Assembly: GCA_037443365.1 (NCBI GenBank)
Contig: JBBIOM010000002.1
Coordinates: 61,331 to 125,330, forward strand
Source of the DNA: Armatimonadota bacterium
Lineage (GTDB): Bacteria > Sysuimicrobiota > Sysuimicrobiia > Sysuimicrobiales > Humicultoraceae
Length of the DNA stretch: 64,000 bases
Direction: 5' to 3'
The notes beneath the pieces were generated by a model, which saw only the letters and a list, made by a program, of their open reading frames with translations, was not told where the DNA came from and did not search any database. Shown here piece by piece: positions 9,495 through 19,215 of the stretch. Positions within the stretch are counted from its first letter, which is position 1, and each line of letters opens with the position of its first letter. Position numbers and translations under genes: made by a program.

Positions 9495-12400
9495 GCGCCC
9501 CCTCCATCTCGCCCAGCAGCGCCTCGATCTTGGCGATCATCTGATCGCGCGAGTAGTGCCCCAGGCTGAGCGCGCTGCCCGGGCACACAGACACGCAAAG
9601 GCCGCATCCCTGGCAGCGTGTGGGTTCGACGACGGCTATTCCGTCGCCGTCGAACGATATGGCGTCGTAGGCGCAGACCCGGAGGCATGTCAGGCACGTC
9701 GTGCAGCGGTCGCGATCCACCTGGGTGACGACGCCTCCGACCTCCAGGCTATCACGCCACAGCAGGGTGCTTGCCCTGGCCGCCGATGCCAGGGACTGGG
9801 CGATCGCCTCGTCCAGCAACTTGGGGTAGTGCGCGCCGCCGCAGAGGAACAGGCCTTCGCTGGCGAAGTCCGCCGGGCGCAGCTTGACGTGGGCTTCCAG
9901 GAAGAAGCCGTCGGCCGACGCCGGCACCTTGAAGATCTCCGTCAGGCCGCAGGCGCCTTCTGAGGGCACCTGAGCCGGCGCCACCACCATCAGCCCGGCA
10001 TCGAGCGTGATCTCCTCGCCGAGCGCCTGGTCCCGCAGGGTAACGCGGACGGCCTCTGGAGTGCGCGTGACTTGCGGGGGCTCATCCGGCGAGTGGCGGA
10101 ACACCACGACCCCGGCCTGCCGCGCCTGCGTGAAGAGCACCTCGGATGTCCCGTAGGTCCGGATCTCGCGCGCGATGACCGTGACCGGGACCTCGGGATG
10201 GGCCCGTTTGAACGCCAGCGCGGCGGCCATGGACTGGGCGCAGCACGTGCGGCTGCAGTAGAAGGGCATGCGGTCCCAGGGGCCCGCGCAGAGCAACATG
10301 ACCACCGAGGCCGGGACCTCAACGGGCGCCACAACCGGAGTGAGACGCGCCTCAAACTCTGAGAGCGTTATCACGCGCGCATCCTCGCCGACCCCGTAGG
10401 CGGCGGGCTTCCACTCCTGCAGGCCGGTGGCGATGACGGTAACCCCGTGCGAGATGGTGTGCTCGCCGTCCGGGCCTGCCACGGTTGTCTCGAAGTTGCC
10501 GACCGTGCCGTGGGAGGACCCGATCGTGCAGCCGGTCAATACGCGCACGCGGGGATGGCTGGTTGCGCGTTCGGCCAGCTCCCTCAGCAACTCCGCGGGC
10601 GCGGTCCCCCCCCCCAGGCCAGAAGCGGTGAACGCAGCCGGCCGCCAAGCGTCTGCGACCGCTCCACCAGCGTGACCGGGAATCCCTGCTCGGCCAGGTT
10701 GAGGCTGGCGGTCAGGCCCGCGACGCCTCCGCCGATGACAAGCGCTTCGCGCCGCATCGGCACCAGCACCTTGTGAAGCGGCGACAGGCGCGCGGCGCGA
10801 GCGACGGCCGCCGTGATCAGGGCCTGCGCCTTCTCCGTGGCGCCAGCGGGATCATCGCGGTGAACCCAGCTACACTGATCGCGGATGTTGGCCATCTCGA
10901 ACAGGTAGGGGTTGAGCCCGGCCTCGCGCAGCGTCTCGCGGAAGATGGGTTCGTGTGTGCGCGGGGTGCAGCTGGCCACGACCACCCTGTTCAGGTGCGC
11001 TTCGGCCACGGCCTCCTTGATGCGTATCAGGGTGTCGGCCGAGCAGGTGTAGAGGGACGTCTCGGCCAGGACCACGCCCGGCAACGTCTTGGCATGCGCG
11101 GCCAGGCCGGCCACGTCCACGACGCCGGCGATGTTCGATCCGCAGTGGCACACGAACACCCCTATGCGCGGCTCCGGATCCAACAGCATCTCAGGAGGAT
11201 AGACCTTGGCTGAGATCTGGGTCCCGCGGGCCGACCCGATGATGGCCATCGCCGCGGCGGCCGCGCCGCTGCCGTCCGTGACTGAATCTGGAATGTCCCT
11301 GGGTCCGCGGAATCCGCCGGCCACGAACACGCCGGGGCGGCTGGCCTGCATAGGCGCAGAGGGCACCGTGGCGGCGAACCCGTGCTCGTCGAGGGCTATG
11401 CGGGCGGCGCAGGCAAGGGCTGCGGCACCCTTGGGCGGGGTCAGGCCCACGGCCAGCACAACCAGGTCGGCCTGCTCCTCGCGCACTGCGCCGTTCTCCT
11501 CGACGCGGAAGTGAAGCGACCGGGTCTGTGCGTCTTCCCGAAGGGCCGCCACGCGCGTGCGCACGAACCGGATCTGTTCGCGGCTGGCCCGTTCGACGTA
11601 GGCGTCGAACCCCTTGCCGAAGGCGCGCATGTCCGCGTAGTAGACAGTGCATTCGGTGCCCGGAGCGTGCTCGCGGGCGAGTATCGCTTCCTTGGTTGCG
11701 TACATGCAGCACACCGAGGAGCAGTACCGGTTCTGCTGATCGCGCGAGCCCACGCACTGCAGGAACGCTATGCGCTTGGGTTCGGCGCCGTCGGAGGGAC
11801 GAGCAACGTGTCCCTGCGTCGGCCCCGACGCCGACAGGAGCCGCTCGAACTGCGGGCCGGTGAGGACGTTCGGGAAGCGGCCCGCGCCGTAGGCGTCGGC
11901 AAGCGCGGCGTCGAACGGCTCGATGCCAGGAGCCAGGATCACGGCGCCGACATTCAGCGTCTCCTCCCGTTCGGTCTCGGCATGGTTGATCGCCTCACGG
12001 CGGCATGCCTGCACGCAGGCCAGGCACTCGGCGCACACGCCGCAGGACAGACAGCGCGCAGCCTCAAACCGCGCCTCTTCTTCGGTCAGCCCCTCGTCCA
12101 CCTCGATGAACGAGGCGCGCCTGACCTCTGCCGGGAGTTCGTGAACGCCTTGGCGCGGCTGCGGCCGTATCTGACCGCGCGCCAGGCGGTCCTCGACCTC
12201 CTCCAGCGTGAGTCTGGCGACCTGGGGTTGCGGGTCGGCCTGCAGGAACGTTCCGCGCAGGTACGCGTGAATGCCTTGTGCGGCCCGGCGGCCCGCGGCG
12301 ATGGCGTCCACGATGTAGGCCGTGCCAGTTGCCAGGTCCCCTCCGGCGAACAAACCGGGGTAGCCCGTGGACTGCGACTCCGCGTCCACCTGCAGCGCCC

Positions 12401-14654
12401 CCCAGGGCGTGGTTACGAGGCCGGGCAGATCAGAGAAGATCTCGTTCTGCGGGGCCAGGCCTATCGCGAAGACAATCGTGTCCGCCTCTATCAGGTGCTC
12501 GCTACCCTCGATGAGTTCGAGGTGCAGCCGCCGGTTCTCGTCGAAGTGCATGGAGCGCACCCCCCGGCACTCCATGCCCGCGGCGCGGCCGTCCCGTTCC
12601 ACGACGCGGACGAACGACGTGGAGGGATACACCCGCACGCCCTCTTCTTCGGCCGCTGCCACCTCCCAGGGGTGAGCCGGCATGGCCCCGCGCGCCTCGG
12701 GACATGCCAGGAGCACCTCGGCGCCGAGCCGCACGCATGTTCGGGCCACATCGATGCCGACGTTGCCGCCTCCCAGCACGAGCACCCGCCGACCCAGAGA
12801 GACCGGTTGCCCCAGCCGGGCGTTCTGCAGAACGTCGGTGCTGACCAGGACGCCCGGCAGATCGGCCCCAGGGATGGGGAGCTTGCGGGCCCGGTGGGTT
12901 CCGGTGGCCAGGAAGATCGCGCTGTACCCTTGCGCGAATAGCTCGCGCACGTGCGAGACGCGGCTGGAGGTGCGTATCTCGACGCCCAAGGCAGCGATTG
13001 CCGCGACCTCGCGCTCAACTATGCTCGCCGGCAACCTGTGCTCCGGGATGCCGACGCGCATCATGCCTCCCGGAACAGGCAGCGCCTCGTGGACGGTCAC
13101 GCGGTAGCCCAGCACGGCCAGATCCCGGGCCGCCGTCAGCCCGGCGGGGCCTGAGCCTACAACCGCCACGCGTTCGGGGTGCGCCGGCTCCACCTGCGCC
13201 GGAGGCTCGCCCGGCCGCGCATATGCCCAGTCGGCCACGAACCGCTTGAGCGCAGCGATGTTCACGGCCCCGTCAACGAGCGAACGCGAGCAGGCGTCCT
13301 CGCACCGGTGGTTGCACACTCGGCCGCAGATCCCGGGAAACGGGTTCTCCATCTGGATCACGCGGAACGCCTCTTCGTAGCGTCCCTGGGCCACCAGCGC
13401 CACGTACCCCTGCGCCCTCTGGTGAATGGGACAGGCGTCGCGGCAAGGTGCACGCCCCCGCTTGTCAATGGCGTATGCGCCTGGAACGGCCTGGGCATAG
13501 GAGCGGTATATGGCACTGCGCGCGGCCAGCCCCGCGTTGAACTCGCTGGGCACGCCCACAGGGCACGCCGCGGCGCAGTCACCGCAGCCTGTGCAGCGGA
13601 GCGGATCCACGAAGCGGGGGCGCTGCCGTATGGTGGCGGCGAAGTCCCCGGCGCTCCCCTCCAGACTCTCCAGCTCGGCCAGCGTGTGGATCTCGATGTT
13701 AGGATGCAGCCTGACACCCGACAGCTTGGGCGACAGGATGCACATCGCGCAGTCGTTCGTGGGGAAGGTCTTGTCGAGCGTGGCCATGCGACCGCCTATG
13801 GCTGGGCCGCGCTCGACCAGGTGCACCTTGATGCCAGCGTCCGCCAGATCGAGCGCAGCCTGGATTCCCGCGATCCCGCCGCCGACCACCACGGCCGCGC
13901 CCACCACGCCGTCGCCGGTCTCCTCGGGAGGCCCGGCCGGTCTTGCCTCCTCGATCGCGGTGGCCACGCGGGCTGCCCCCCCGGGGGCCGGGCCTTCGTC
14001 GAGGTCGTCGCGCGCGGCCGCGGGCACTCGCACCATGCGGTCCAGCAGCTCGATCTGATCGGCCAGCCGCTGGCGGCAGCGCACAAGGATGTGCCGCTGA
14101 TCATCGGTGAGATCGCCGGCCGTTCCCGCCAGCATCGCCTCCAGGTAGCCGGCCACCCTGGCGGCGGGAGACCGCAGGTCGTACGTGGCCACCGCCTGCA
14201 TCTGGGTCAGTCGGGCTCGCACCTGCGCCATGCGCGATTCGATGAGGTCCACTAGACCGGCCATTATGGGATACCCGATCTCCCAGTCCAGCGATATCAA
14301 CCTGCGCAGAACCGGGCCGCTGATGGCCACCAGAACCGTGGGCTCGACGCTGACCGCAGACATCGTCAGCACAAACGGCGGCACAAGGGCAGACCATCCG
14401 AGGCTCTCGCCCGCCCCGAGCACGGACACGACGACCGACCTGGGCAGGTCCCCTTCCTGCTCCGGTGTTCGCATCTCCAGGGCCACCCGGCCCGTGTGGA
14501 TCACGAAGAAGTCGCGGGCCTCGTCCCCTTCAGAGAAGATGCGCTCCCCCGGCTGGAAGGAGACAACGGTGCCCAGCGAGGCCACCAGGTCTCGGGCCGA
14601 TGGGCTAAGCCCTGCGAGAAGGGCGCACCGGCCCATGGCTTCACGCTGGATCAT
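9484..14654 (-). CDS. hdrA: Large HdrA/HdrL-type flavoprotein (HdrA + inserted GltD/NfnB-like module + second HdrA repeat) with N-terminal cNMP-like/pseudo-HisKA extension; frameshifted at a G10 tract (10606-10615)
   Basis: ORF 10584..14654 has VVGGGIAG, LDKTFPTNDCAMCILSPK, APCRDACP..CGRVC, FLQCVGSRD..YCSSVCC, VFVCHCG, ASCTPRTHE and ANIRDQCSWVH. ORF 9484..10590 continues the second HdrA repeat (YCSRTCC, EAHVKLRP, CTTCLTC, CQGCGLC). One extra G would join them into ~1723 aa. Confidence 0.88.
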
Positions 14655-15837
14655 CGGCAGATGTCTCCCCCTGCCCCACCGGCGGCGAATCGCCGGGGGG
14701 GAGTTCGACGGCGAGGGCCCGGGGTATCGAGAGCGTGAAAACCGCGCCGCTTGTCTCTCCTGGAGGCGGGCTCTCTGCCCAGATCTGACCGCGGTGGGCC
14801 TCGACGATCCTCTTCACGAGGGACAAACCCAGCCCCAACCCCTTCGACTGGGCCATCTGCCCCCTGTAGAACTCGTCGAAGATGCGGGGCAGATCGGACG
14901 GCGCTATCCCAGCGCCGTTGTCGCGCACCTGCACCCGGATCTCATCTCCCCGGTCCAGGGCGGACACGACGACTTCTCCGCCGGAGGGCGTAAACTTCAC
15001 GGCGTTGTCCAGGAGGTTGGTAATGGCTTCCTGCATGCGCAGCGGCGCCATCAAGAGCGACGGCATGCCCCGAGGCACCAGCGCCTCCAGGCGCACTCCC
15101 TTTGCCCGGGCCGCGGCCGCCACGTTCTCCACGGCCTTCTCAATGATATCCTGCATGGATGCGACGCCCAGCTCCGCGGAGAAGTCGCCGGTCTCGATCC
15201 GGGAGACCCGCAGAAGGCTGTTGATGAGCTCGATCAGCTCCTGCACACGGATGCTGCACCGCTCCAACATCTCTCGCTGCCGGTCAGCGACCTCCCCGGC
15301 GTAGCCGCCCAGCATCACCTGAAGGTAGCTCTCCACGGCCGCCAGGGGCGCCTTCAGTTCGTGTGACACCATTGCGATGACGAAGCCCAGCTTGGCCCTC
15401 GCCTCCTGGAGGCGGCTTCCCACCAGCTGGGCCAGGCCGCGCATCAGGAGGGCCCCGGCCCGAGGGTCCTCGGCGATCAGTCGTTCCAGCATCTCGCGCT
15501 CGAATGCCACGACCGTCGTGGGCTGAATTGCCACGGCCGACATGGTGCGCGTGTGAGGAGGCACGAGCGCGGACCAGCCGAAGCAGTCGGGGGGACCAAG
15601 CACCGCGGCGAATGTGCGCCGCTCGCCCGCCTCGGACCTGCCGATCTGCAGGTCCATCTCGAGGGCGACGCGTCCCCGCTCAATGATGCACAGGTGTGTG
15701 GCGCCCTCCCCCTCCTCGAAGATCCGCTGCCCGGGCTCGAACGATCGCTGCTCACCCATAGCCGCCAGGCGGCGCAGAAGCGCCACGGGCAGGTCCTTGA
15801 ACAGGGACGAGCGCTCCAGGGCCGCCTGGCTGGCCAT
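14641..15837 (-). CDS. Soluble sensor histidine kinase, cNMP-binding-like domain + HisKA + HATPase_c
   Basis: N-terminal FEPGQRIFEEGE..GRVALE..FGWSAL..RTMSA. H-box SHELKAP, N-box NLLDNAVKF, G-boxes DNGAGI and GLGLGL. Confidence 0.92.
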   Translation of the reverse strand: MASQAALERSSLFKDLPVALLRRLAAMGEQRSFEPGQRIFEEGEGATHLCIIERGRVALEMDLQIGRSEAGERRTFAAVLGPPDCFGWSALVPPHTRTMSAVAIQPTTVVAFEREMLERLIAEDPRAGALLMRGLAQLVGSRLQEARAKLGFVIAMVSHELKAPLAAVESYLQVMLGGYAGEVADRQREMLERCSIRVQELIELINSLLRVSRIETGDFSAELGVASMQDIIEKAVENVAAAARAKGVRLEALVPRGMPSLLMAPLRMQEAITNLLDNAVKFTPSGGEVVVSALDRGDEIRVQVRDNGAGIAPSDLPRIFDEFYRGQMAQSKGLGLGLSLVKRIVEAHRGQIWAESPPPGETSGAVFTLSIPRALAVELPPGDSPPVGQGETSADDPA

Positions 15838-15838
15838 G

Positions 15839-16723
15839 CTACTCCACTCCCGGAGCCGCCAGGCCGCCGGCCTCGAGCACGCGCGGCAGCAGGTGATCCC
15901 ATCCCATGGCCATCAGGTGGATGCCCTGGCACAGCGGCCGCAGTTCCCGGATCAGCCCGGCGGCCACGCCCACGCTGGCCTCCTGGCGGTCCTTGGCTGT
16001 CTCCATGATCTCGATGAGGCGGCCGGGAACGTGCACGCCCGGGACATTCCGGTTCATGAACCGGGCCATACCGGCGGACTTCAGCATGATGATGCCTGCC
16101 AGTACCGGCTTGCCCACGGGCCGGGCGGCTTCCATGAAGCGGGCGAAGCCGTCCGGGTCGAAGATGGCCTGGGTCTGGAAGAAGTCGGCGCCGGCCTGAG
16201 CCTTCTTCGCCATCTTGAGCAGTTGGGGCTCAACCGGATCCGCGCCCGGGCTGACGACCGCGCCCAGGAGGAACTCGGGGGCGCCGTCCAGTTGCTTCCC
16301 CGCCATGTCCTGCCCCTGCTCCAGCCCGACCGCGGCGCGCAGCAGGGAAACCGAGTCCAGGTCGAACACGGGCTTGGCCTGCGGGTGGTCACCAAGCTTC
16401 ACGTGGTCTCCCGTAAGGCACAGCACGTTCTCGATGCCCAGCGCCGCCGCGCTCAGGAGATCCGACTGCAGCGCAATCCGGTTTCTGTCGCGGCAGGTGA
16501 CCTGGAAGATGGGCTCGAGGCCCCGCTCCCGAAGCATGTGGCAGAGCACCAGCGAACCCAGGCGCATCACCGAGCTCTGCTGGTCGGTGACGTTGAACGC
16601 CTGCACCCGTCCCCGCAGGCGCTCGGCTTCCTGAATGGCTCCTGCCACGTTGATTCCCTTGGGCGGGGAGGCCTCGGCCGTCACCACGAACCGGCCTCCG
16701 GTCAGGGCCTCTCGCAGGGTCAT
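15839..16723 (-). CDS. metF: Methylene-THF reductase MetF (copy 1)
   Basis: Motifs VTAEASPPKG, NVTD, QVTCRDRNRIALQSDLL, LCLTGDH, VFDLDS, QTQAIFD and GIHLMA. Confidence 0.92.
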   Translation of the reverse strand: MTLREALTGGRFVVTAEASPPKGINVAGAIQEAERLRGRVQAFNVTDQQSSVMRLGSLVLCHMLRERGLEPIFQVTCRDRNRIALQSDLLSAAALGIENVLCLTGDHVKLGDHPQAKPVFDLDSVSLLRAAVGLEQGQDMAGKQLDGAPEFLLGAVVSPGADPVEPQLLKMAKKAQAGADFFQTQAIFDPDGFARFMEAARPVGKPVLAGIIMLKSAGMARFMNRNVPGVHVPGRLIEIMETAKDRQEASVGVAAGLIRELRPLCQGIHLMAMGWDHLLPRVLEAGGLAAPGVE

Positions 16724-17145
16724 GGCGTCTCAGAGCCTCCCTCGGACCGGCCGCGGCGTGCCAGCAGCTTCTCCACCCTTTCTAGGAGCAGGCCCGGAGG
16801 AGCGGGCTTGTCGAGATAGTCCTCTGCCTCCAGGCTGAGCCCTGCGCTGACCGGAAGGCCGGACTCCCCGTGGCGCTCGGCGAACGAGGTGAGCATGATG
16901 ACAGGCACCGAGGAGAGCACCGGGTCGCGCTTCAGCTCCTCGCAGACCGTGAAGCCGTCCTTGAACGGCATGATCACGTCCAGGATGATCAGGTCGGGCG
17001 GATCCTCGCGCGCCAGACGCAGCCCCTCAACGCCATCCAGCGCCGCGGTCACCCGATAGTTGCGGCTCTCCAGCACCGTCCGGGTGGTCTCGACCAGGTC
17101 CGGGTCATCGTCAATGAGCAGAATGCGCTCCTGGGTCTTAGCCAA
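16720..17145 (-). CDS. Single-domain response regulator (receiver only)
   Basis: Motifs ILLIDDD, PDLIILDVIMP, IMLTS and DYLDKP. TTG start at 17145 with a GAGAGGTG RBS. Confidence 0.88.
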   Translation of the reverse strand: MAKTQERILLIDDDPDLVETTRTVLESRNYRVTAALDGVEGLRLAREDPPDLIILDVIMPFKDGFTVCEELKRDPVLSSVPVIMLTSFAERHGESGLPVSAGLSLEAEDYLDKPAPPGLLLERVEKLLARRGRSEGGSETP

Positions 17146-17149
17146 GGTC

Positions 17150-17566
17150 CTACACCTCTCCGGGGTTGCCCGATCGCTTGCCGCGCCTGTCCAGCACCTT
17201 GCGGACACGATGCAGCAGATCCACCGGCCGCACCGGCTTCTCGACATAGTCGTCCACGTCCATGGCCAGCCCGGCCTCGAGTTCGTACCTGCGCCGGCTG
17301 GCCTCTTCGCCCACGGCAGAGAAGATCACAATCGGAATGGTCGCCCAGCGGGGTTTCTCCTTCAGGGCCCGCACCACGGCGTATCCGTCCATCCTGGGCA
17401 TCATCATGTCCAGGATGATCAGGTCGGGGGCCTCCCGGCGTATGCACTCGAGCCCCTGCTCGCCGTCGGGGGCGGTCTCGACACTGTAGCCAGCAGCCTC
17501 CAGTACCATCCGGACCGCCACGGTGATATCCTGATCGTCGTCCACCACCAGGATCCGAGGTTGCAT
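17150..17566 (-). CDS. Single-domain response regulator (receiver only)
   Basis: Motifs ILVVDDD, PDLIILDMMMP, IFSA and DYVEKP. Confidence 0.9.
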   Translation of the reverse strand: MQPRILVVDDDQDITVAVRMVLEAAGYSVETAPDGEQGLECIRREAPDLIILDMMMPRMDGYAVVRALKEKPRWATIPIVIFSAVGEEASRRRYELEAGLAMDVDDYVEKPVRPVDLLHRVRKVLDRRGKRSGNPGEV

Positions 17567-17598
17567 TCAGGCCAGCCCTCCTTCTCACGCCTGTTGCG

Positions 17599-18516
17599 TC
17601 ATATCAGCGGCCGAGGCAGAAGCCCGGCCCTCTCCGCCAGAACGGGGACGACCTCTTCCCACCCCACGGCCATGATGTGCACACCCCGCACGCCTGGTAT
17701 GTCGCGCACGGCGTCAATGATGTCCACCGCGATGGCCATTCCCTCGGCCTTGGGATCCGAGGCATCTTCCATGCGCGAGACCACGCCGTCAGGAACGACA
17801 ATGCCGGACACGTAGTCCCGCATGTAGCGCGCCATACCAACCGATTTCAGGGGCACGATTCCGGCCAGGATCGCCGTCTTCTCGTGCAGCCCCCGCGCCC
17901 TGACCTGGGCCATCCAGCGCGCGAAGATCTCGAGATCATATACGGCCTGCGTCTGTATGAAGCTGGCGCCCGCGCGCACCTTCTTCGCCAGGCGCACCAC
18001 CCGGTATGGAAGCGGGTCGGCGAACGGGTTGGCCGCGGCCCCGATGAACATCGAAACGTCGCCGGTGAACTCATCGCCACTCTGGAACCTGCGCGCATCG
18101 CGCATGCCGGCCAGCACCTGTATCAGCTGGATCGAGTCGAGATCGAAGACGTTCTTGGCCCCCGGGTGGTTGCCGAACTGCTGGTGGTCCCCGCTCAGGC
18201 ACAGGAAGTTGCGCACTCCGGCCCCCACGGCACCCAACACGTCCGACTGCAGCGCCAGGCGGTTCCGGTCGCGGCACGTCATCTGCATCACGGGGTCCAG
18301 ACCCATGCGGCGCAGATGGATCGCGCAGGCCAGGCTGGACATGCGCACGATCGCGGTCTGGTTGTCGGTCAGATTGATGGCGTCACAGCAGTGCCGGAGG
18401 ATCTCGGCCTTGCGCTCCACGACGCCCAGGTTCGTGCCCTTGGGCGGGCCCAGCTCGGCGGTCACAGCGAACCGCCCAGCGGCCAGCACGACCTCCAGGT
18501 TGCTGCCCGCGGGCAT
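17599..18516 (-). CDS. metF: Methylene-THF reductase MetF (copy 2)
   Basis: Motifs VTAELGPPKG, NLTDNQ, QMTCRDRNRLALQSD, LSGDHQQFGNHP and GVHIMA. Confidence 0.93.
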   Translation of the reverse strand: MPAGSNLEVVLAAGRFAVTAELGPPKGTNLGVVERKAEILRHCCDAINLTDNQTAIVRMSSLACAIHLRRMGLDPVMQMTCRDRNRLALQSDVLGAVGAGVRNFLCLSGDHQQFGNHPGAKNVFDLDSIQLIQVLAGMRDARRFQSGDEFTGDVSMFIGAAANPFADPLPYRVVRLAKKVRAGASFIQTQAVYDLEIFARWMAQVRARGLHEKTAILAGIVPLKSVGMARYMRDYVSGIVVPDGVVSRMEDASDPKAEGMAIAVDIIDAVRDIPGVRGVHIMAVGWEEVVPVLAERAGLLPRPLI

Positions 18517-18521
18517 GGCCG

Positions 18522-19199
18522 CTACACCTCCTCCTCGACCATCTCGCGCAGGTCAGGCCGCGTGATGCGGCGCGGCCCGCCGGAGTGGCTCGCCTTCCAG
18601 TCCCGGGCCGGGATGATCTCCTCGAGCTGGTCCAGGCGTCCCTGCGCTTCCAGGCGCTCGTGGATCAGAACCCAGGCGCAGGGATTGTCTACCGACAGCT
18701 CGCAGTGCCCATCCTGGGGCCCTCCGCAGGGGCCGTTCAGGAGGCTCTTGGCGCACCTGGCCACCGGACAGATCCCTCCGGTGCGGTGCAGGAGGCAATC
18801 ACCGCAGGCCATGCACCGCTCACCCCATATCCCAGGGGCCTCGGTCAGCCCCATGAAGGCGGTGTTGAGCCCAGGCAGCGCGATCACACCTCCGTAGCGC
18901 TCCCCTATTCCCTGCACACCCACCCCGCATCCCAGGGACAGCACGGCATCGGCCCGGCGCACCGCCTCGCCGACCTGATCCAGGAACTCCCACTCGCACT
19001 GCCGCTGAACCACGGCCTCCCCGATCTCGACCTCTGGGCCCAGCACCGAGCGCAGCGCGGTGGCCACCACGGCGACTTCCTTCTCTCCCCCGGCAAAGCA
19101 GACAGTCGTGCACGTTCCGCAGCCGAGCACCAGGAGGCGGCGGAACCCGCTCACCATCTGCCGGATCTCGTCCAGGGGCTTCTGTTGTGCAACAATCAC
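18522..19199 (-). CDS. metV: MetV (MTHFR small Fe-S/Zn subunit)
   Basis: Motifs MIVAQQKPL, GCGTCTTVC, RQCE, GCGVG and CMACGDC..GGICPVARCAKSLLNGPCGG. Directly upstream of metF. Confidence 0.9.
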   Translation of the reverse strand: MIVAQQKPLDEIRQMVSGFRRLLVLGCGTCTTVCFAGGEKEVAVVATALRSVLGPEVEIGEAVVQRQCEWEFLDQVGEAVRRADAVLSLGCGVGVQGIGERYGGVIALPGLNTAFMGLTEAPGIWGERCMACGDCLLHRTGGICPVARCAKSLLNGPCGGPQDGHCELSVDNPCAWVLIHERLEAQGRLDQLEEIIPARDWKASHSGGPRRITRPDLREMVEEEV

Positions 19200-19215
19200 G
19201 GCCAGACCGCCTTCC

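Noticed and set aside
10584-10586. Selenocysteine read-through of the TGA ending the 1356-aa ORF
   Set aside because: The HdrA continuation is in a different frame, so read-through would not restore it.
9484-10590. Independent 368-aa HdrA-like gene
   Set aside because: It starts mid-domain with no spaced RBS and is explained by the G10 frameshift.
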